A DNA stretch of 20,930 nt, from contig JBHLLU010000051.1 in the NCBI GenBank assembly GCA_048938895.1, positions 1-20,930 of the forward strand, read 5' to 3'. The number at the start of each line of letters is the position of its first letter. The stretch's first letter is position 1. The notes beneath the pieces are model-generated. The model did not search any database, was not told where the DNA came from, and saw only the letters and a list, made by a program, of their open reading frames with translations. Source of the stretch: Promethearchaeota archaeon. Lineage in GTDB: Archaea; Asgardarchaeota; Lokiarchaeia; Sigyniarchaeales; SOKP01. Positions 16,520 to 20,930 of this stretch are shown in pieces. Both the position numbers and the translations under genes were made by a program.

Positions 16520-18022
16520 TCACAAATAGTCAAAATCTAATCTTCTTTCTCTTGCATTAATCTCATCTGCAAGTTGTTGAATTTGTTCTTCAAGTTCAGC
16601 TATTTCTTCTGGATAGTTTTTGAAAAACCATTTAGGTTTGTTTTGGAGAAACATTCTTTCCCGTAAGACATCATAATGGGATTTTCCTCTTAAACTTGTG
16701 AGTTTTGCCACATCTTCAGATTTTAATTTTCCTTGAGCTACTAATTCCATTCTTGTTATGAATTGGTCTTTAAGTTTAATCCTTTTTAATATTATTGAAA
16801 TGGCAAATGAAACTTTTTCCATGATTACTTCAATCTTAGATTGCCGAAGTTCATCTATTCGACTTAAGAACTCTCTAATTTTTCTTAATACCGAATTTTT
16901 ATTATAATAATTAATATAATCTTTAGGATTTATAACATCTGATAGAAATTTGATTATTTTATCTCTGATGTCTCGGTTTATGCCTAAGTTAGTCATTTCT
17001 TTTTCAAGTTTATTTAAAAACTTTCTCATTAAGAACTGTTTGAATTTTATGACAATTGCTTCAGTTTCTCTTTGATCTGAACATATTTCGATTATTTCTC
17101 CTTTAGGCGTAGAGTAAGTAAATCCAAAACCTTCTGGGCCTAATCCCCCAATAACTACCATTGAAAGGCTATAGAAATTATAATTAGTTTTATCCAAGAT
17201 CTTTTCTTTATTTTTTATTATATTTTGTGGATATACAAGATGTTTTTCTTGATATATACGTAAAATATTGTTTCTATTAGGACTATAAAAATAACGTGGA
17301 TTAAATTCTAAAAATATAAAGTCATCATTTAAATTGCCTAATTTTTGTTTAGCTTCAACTTTTTCTATGAAATCCTCTACACTTCCTAAGTTTCGAACAA
17401 CTAAATCATAAATCACATATCCATCGGTCCAATTTCTTAAAGAATTTGGGCTCATTAGAAATCCTTGAGGATTATTCATCCTTTCCTTTATCCATTTAAC
17501 ATAGTCATAGGGCATTACTTTACAGACATAAAAAATTAATGAATCTGAGACTGTCCCAAATAAATCTTTTAAGTTAACAGCAAGCAGTTTATCTTTTCTT
17601 TTTATATCTTGTATTATTTTTATTTGATCTATGGTAAAATTTCTCTCAAATAAGTTGTATTTATTAAAAAACTTAACAAGTTCAACGATTCTACCTCGGA
17701 GTCCTTTATTAAGTCCATCTATATGTAATTCACTGATGATTCCTTCAATATCAATATTTGAAACATCAAAAAAAATGCCCAATTTATCAGAATAATTAAT
17801 AAGCTGAGCAACATCCTCTTTCCCCTTGATAAAGTTTTCTTTCATGGATATAAGGCGTGTTGATATTGCTTCGTAATAAGCTTTTTCGAGATTTACCCTG
17901 AATTTATCGTAATTTTTCGAATGTATAAGATTAGTTGGGAATTGATCGACTATCTTTTCAAACTTAGGAATGTCGCCTGATTTTAATGCCTTTATAAGCG
18001 ATAAAAATTGTGTCGAGAGCAT
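16520..18022 (-). CDS. Hypothetical protein, paralogue of 14801-16351
   Basis: 500-aa, predicted mostly helical ORF, collinear with the neighbour; no family recognised. Confidence 0.85.
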   Translation of the reverse strand: MLSTQFLSLIKALKSGDIPKFEKIVDQFPTNLIHSKNYDKFRVNLEKAYYEAISTRLISMKENFIKGKEDVAQLINYSDKLGIFFDVSNIDIEGIISELHIDGLNKGLRGRIVELVKFFNKYNLFERNFTIDQIKIIQDIKRKDKLLAVNLKDLFGTVSDSLIFYVCKVMPYDYVKWIKERMNNPQGFLMSPNSLRNWTDGYVIYDLVVRNLGSVEDFIEKVEAKQKLGNLNDDFIFLEFNPRYFYSPNRNNILRIYQEKHLVYPQNIIKNKEKILDKTNYNFYSLSMVVIGGLGPEGFGFTYSTPKGEIIEICSDQRETEAIVIKFKQFLMRKFLNKLEKEMTNLGINRDIRDKIIKFLSDVINPKDYINYYNKNSVLRKIREFLSRIDELRQSKIEVIMEKVSFAISIILKRIKLKDQFITRMELVAQGKLKSEDVAKLTSLRGKSHYDVLRERMFLQNKPKWFFKNYPEEIAELEEQIQQLADEINARERRLDFDYL

Positions 18023-18176
18023 GGTAATTGATAAAGGGAAACTTATAAAATAGTTAAACTAGTGGTGTTGATGATCATTATTTAATTTGATTAAAATAAA
18101 CATCTCCTAATTCTTATAAGTTTTTAAATAGTGTTGATCTTCTTCTTAATTATAAAGAAATATAAGTGATTATGGA

Positions 18177-18476
18177 ATGAGTGAGATACAAGAAACAGAC
18201 AGAACAATGCGAATTGTTGCATTGGTGGGAGGAATTGTTGCTATAATTGAATCCTTTTCAGTGTTAATAGGAGCAGGTTTAATGGGATGGGGCTTTGGTT
18301 GGCTTAGTGGTGTTCTTGGAATAATTTTTGCAATATTAGTAATCGTTTTAGCTATAAGACCAATTCATTATACTCCAGTTTTTCTAGCAATTTTAGGGAT
18401 TGCTTTAATATTCTTTGCGATCCTAATCGGTGGGATAATTGTAGTGTTGGCAGCTTTTATAGGTGCGATAACTTAA
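18177..18476 (+). CDS. Small Gly-rich integral membrane protein (about 3-4 TM helices)
   Basis: 99 aa, almost entirely hydrophobic after a short charged N-terminus; T-run follows the stop. Confidence 0.75.
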   Translation: MSEIQETDRTMRIVALVGGIVAIIESFSVLIGAGLMGWGFGWLSGVLGIIFAILVIVLAIRPIHYTPVFLAILGIALIFFAILIGGIIVVLAAFIGAIT

Positions 18477-18533
18477 TCAATTTTTTTATATTTTACTCTT
18501 TAATTCTTTATTTAACATTTTAGATGGATTAAG

Positions 18534-19358
18534 ATGAATTTGAAAATAGATACAAAAATCGAATTACATAACGGCGTTTATATGCCTATTTTTGGTCTAG
18601 GTACATGGGCACTTAAGGGAAAAGATGCTTATAATGCAATATTGTGGGCATTAGAAATAGGATATCGGCTAATTGATACTGCTTCTTTTTATGGAAATGA
18701 AAAAGAAATTGGAAATGCCTTAAAAGTGACTAAGGTACCTCGTGACGAAATCTTCATAACTACTAAGGTATGGAATAATGAGCAAGGTTATGGTAATACG
18801 TTAAAAGCCTTTGGAAGGAGTTTAGAAAGGCTTAAACTAAAATATATCGATCTTTATCTTATTCATTGGCCAATAAGTGGTTTAAGAAATGAAACGTGGA
18901 GAGCTCTTGAAAGTCTTTATGAAGATGAAAAAGTTCGGGCTATTGGAGTTTGTAATTTTACGATACGTCATTTAAATGAGTTATTAGAGACCTCTAGTTT
19001 ATTACCAACTGTGAATCAAATCGAATTTTCTCCATTTCTATATCAAAAAGAATTAATGGATTATTGTTTTGATAAAAAGATTACCGTTGAGGCATTTTGT
19101 CCTTTAACAAGAGGAAGAAAATTCAATGAAAAGACTTTGAGAGAAATTTCACAGAAATATACTAAAACTCCCGCTCAAATTCTCATTCGTTGGGGATTAC
19201 AACATAACATTGTTGAAATACCAAAATCAGGTAATAAAAATCACCTAGTTGAAAATGTAGATGTATTTAATTTTAATTTAGATGAAGCAGATATGAACGA
19301 GCTTGATAGCCTAAATGAAGATTTTCGGTTGGTTGCAGATCCTCATCTTATAGCCTAA
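18534..19358 (+). CDS. Aldo/keto reductase (AKR5/2,5-DKG- or glyoxal-reductase-like)
   Basis: GLGTW, IDTA..YGNE, ITTKVW and LIHWP give the Asp-Tyr-Lys-His tetrad; also GVCNF, NQIE, IPKS. Confidence 0.95.
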   Translation: MNLKIDTKIELHNGVYMPIFGLGTWALKGKDAYNAILWALEIGYRLIDTASFYGNEKEIGNALKVTKVPRDEIFITTKVWNNEQGYGNTLKAFGRSLERLKLKYIDLYLIHWPISGLRNETWRALESLYEDEKVRAIGVCNFTIRHLNELLETSSLLPTVNQIEFSPFLYQKELMDYCFDKKITVEAFCPLTRGRKFNEKTLREISQKYTKTPAQILIRWGLQHNIVEIPKSGNKNHLVENVDVFNFNLDEADMNELDSLNEDFRLVADPHLIA

Positions 19359-19496
19359 ATTTAATGTAGTTAATGCTTAAAAACCTAAAACGTAGATAAA
19401 CTTCAAGATCTTTACTCTCTAATTCTTTAATAATTCAGAAATATTTAAGAAATGAACTAAATATATTGAATTATAATTAAATGAAATCTGTATCAA

Positions 19497-20063
19497 ATGA
19501 GTGAAATGACTGAAAAATATAAAATAACTCCCTGTGGTTTAAGTTGTGATCTCTGTGATTCTAATACAACTATTCTTCAAGATAAGGCCAAATATTTTTT
19601 AAAAGCATTAGAGGATCCTATGTTTAGTGGGATTATATCTATGATGAATCCAAAATCAAATTTTAATGCAGAGAATATTACAATTTTCAAAAATATGTTA
19701 AAAGAATTAGAAGGATTTCCACCTTGTCCTGGGTGTGATAAATCCATGCATTGTAGCATAAATTTATGTGCTAAAGAGAAAAAAGTTGAAAACTGTGCAA
19801 AATGTGATTACTTTGATGTAGATAAGGGTTCATGCACAGCACCTCCAACATCTCAAGGATCAGCATTCACACCACCGGCTCCAATATATCTTGAACTTCT
19901 TAGTAAAAGGTATCAAAATGTGAATATCAAGAATTTACAAGCGATAGCTCAAGGGGAAGAGAAACAAATTGAGTTATGGATTGAAGATATGTTAAAAAAT
20001 CGAAAGACGAGTCGAGATTTAATTGATGTCTCTGTAAATCTTTTTGAGATGATGAATAAGTAA
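19497..20063 (+). CDS. DUF3795-like Cys-rich protein
   Basis: TPCGLSCDLC ... CPGC ... CSINLCAKEKKVENCAKC pattern. Confidence 0.8.
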   Translation: MSEMTEKYKITPCGLSCDLCDSNTTILQDKAKYFLKALEDPMFSGIISMMNPKSNFNAENITIFKNMLKELEGFPPCPGCDKSMHCSINLCAKEKKVENCAKCDYFDVDKGSCTAPPTSQGSAFTPPAPIYLELLSKRYQNVNIKNLQAIAQGEEKQIELWIEDMLKNRKTSRDLIDVSVNLFEMMNK

Positions 20064-20094
20064 ATTAAAATTAAATCGATTTGGAAAAAAATCA

Positions 20095-20930
20095 ATGGAT
20101 TATAGGAGTTTAGGAAAAACTGATCTAAAAGTTAGTGAAATAGGTTTAGGAACAGAACACTTATATGGCCAGCCAAAATCAACTGTAATTTCTGTGATTG
20201 CAGAAGCTTTAAGAAATGGTATTAACTATTTAGACATTGTCTTTAATGTTTCTAAATACATTAAAAATATAGGTGCTGCAATTAGGGATTATAAGGAGGA
20301 AATTATTCTTACTTGTCATATTGGTTCTATAGAAAAGGAAGGAAAAGTAAAGAGATCACGTAGTATTCACGAATGTGAGAGGACTATCTTAAATACTGTA
20401 AAATTATTGGGTAGGGATTTTATAGATATTGTTAACATCCAATATGTCAAAGAGAATGAATATGAAAAGATAACATCATCAACTGGCTTATTAGATCTAG
20501 CAATTAAACTTCAAAAAGTGGGAAAAGTTCGATATATATGTCTAAGCACACACAATTTCTCGGTAGGAATGAGAACAATAGCTTCTGGTTATTTTGATGT
20601 TATAATGAGCCCTATAAATATAGTAAACGATACTATAGAGGAAAGAAATAATTTTCTAAGAGAATGTAAGAGAAAAAATATTGGTGTAGTTGCTATTAAA
20701 CCTTTTGCGGGGGGCAAGTTATTACAAAAAAATCGGACAGTAACTATAGCAAAATATCAATCTGGTGGAATTAATATTAAAAAAAAAATCCCGTCTTCTG
20801 CGTCCCCAATAAAATGTATTAATTATGTTCTTTCTCAGGTGGGGGTATCAACAACAATTCCAGGGGTTAAGAATCTTGAAGAATTAAAAGAGTTACTTTT
20901 ATATTTTAAAGCAACAAATGAAGAAAAAGA
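20095..20930 (+). CDS. Aldo/keto reductase-like protein, divergent active site, 3' end outside the window
   Basis: MDYRSLGKTDLKVSEIGLGTE...GINYLD...GKVRYICLSTH...GVVAIKPFAGG...TIPGVKNLEEL; open to the window end. Not in the ORF track. Confidence 0.88.
   Translation, partial: MDYRSLGKTDLKVSEIGLGTEHLYGQPKSTVISVIAEALRNGINYLDIVFNVSKYIKNIGAAIRDYKEEIILTCHIGSIEKEGKVKRSRSIHECERTILNTVKLLGRDFIDIVNIQYVKENEYEKITSSTGLLDLAIKLQKVGKVRYICLSTHNFSVGMRTIASGYFDVIMSPINIVNDTIEERNNFLRECKRKNIGVVAIKPFAGGKLLQKNRTVTIAKYQSGGINIKKKIPSSASPIKCINYVLSQVGVSTTIPGVKNLEELKELLLYFKATNEEK

Noticed and set aside
13223-19759. ORFs 13223-13534 (-), 14013-14258 (+) and 19577-19759 (-)
   Set aside because: Antisense shadows of the DNRLRE, YkgJ and DUF3795-like genes.

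Overview
AT-rich archaeal window, most consistent with an Asgard archaeon (Lokiarchaeia-like). This is inferred from the archaeal histone, proteasome beta, eS8, SRP19, JAMM protease, a CTERM-like anchored surface protein and an intron-containing, CCA-less tRNA. The left half is a housekeeping block: a DinB fragment, a CapA-like metallophosphoesterase, a histone, two tandem paralogues that look like stand-alone adaptin/coat 'appendage' (Ig sandwich + platform) domains fused to a Zn ribbon, a DUF4443-like wHTH protein, JAMM, psmB, rps8e, hypA, srp19 and an acyl-CoA synthetase. The middle (about 10.1-14.6 kb) is more accessory and partly decayed. It holds a structured GC-rich inverted repeat, an unannotated 46-aa Zn-ribbon microprotein, a dienelactone hydrolase, a probably truncated nucleotidyltransferase, a DNRLRE surface protein and a YkgJ protein. 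Next come tRNA-Pro(GGG) with a 30-nt insert at a non-canonical position (about 43/44) and two tandem ~500-aa uncharacterised paralogues, one carrying a clean in-frame Zn-ribbon insertion. The window ends with a small membrane protein, two aldo/keto reductases and a DUF3795-like Cys-rich protein. No CRISPR array, rRNA, transposase or integrase was seen. All family calls come from motif recognition by eye; no database searches were run.
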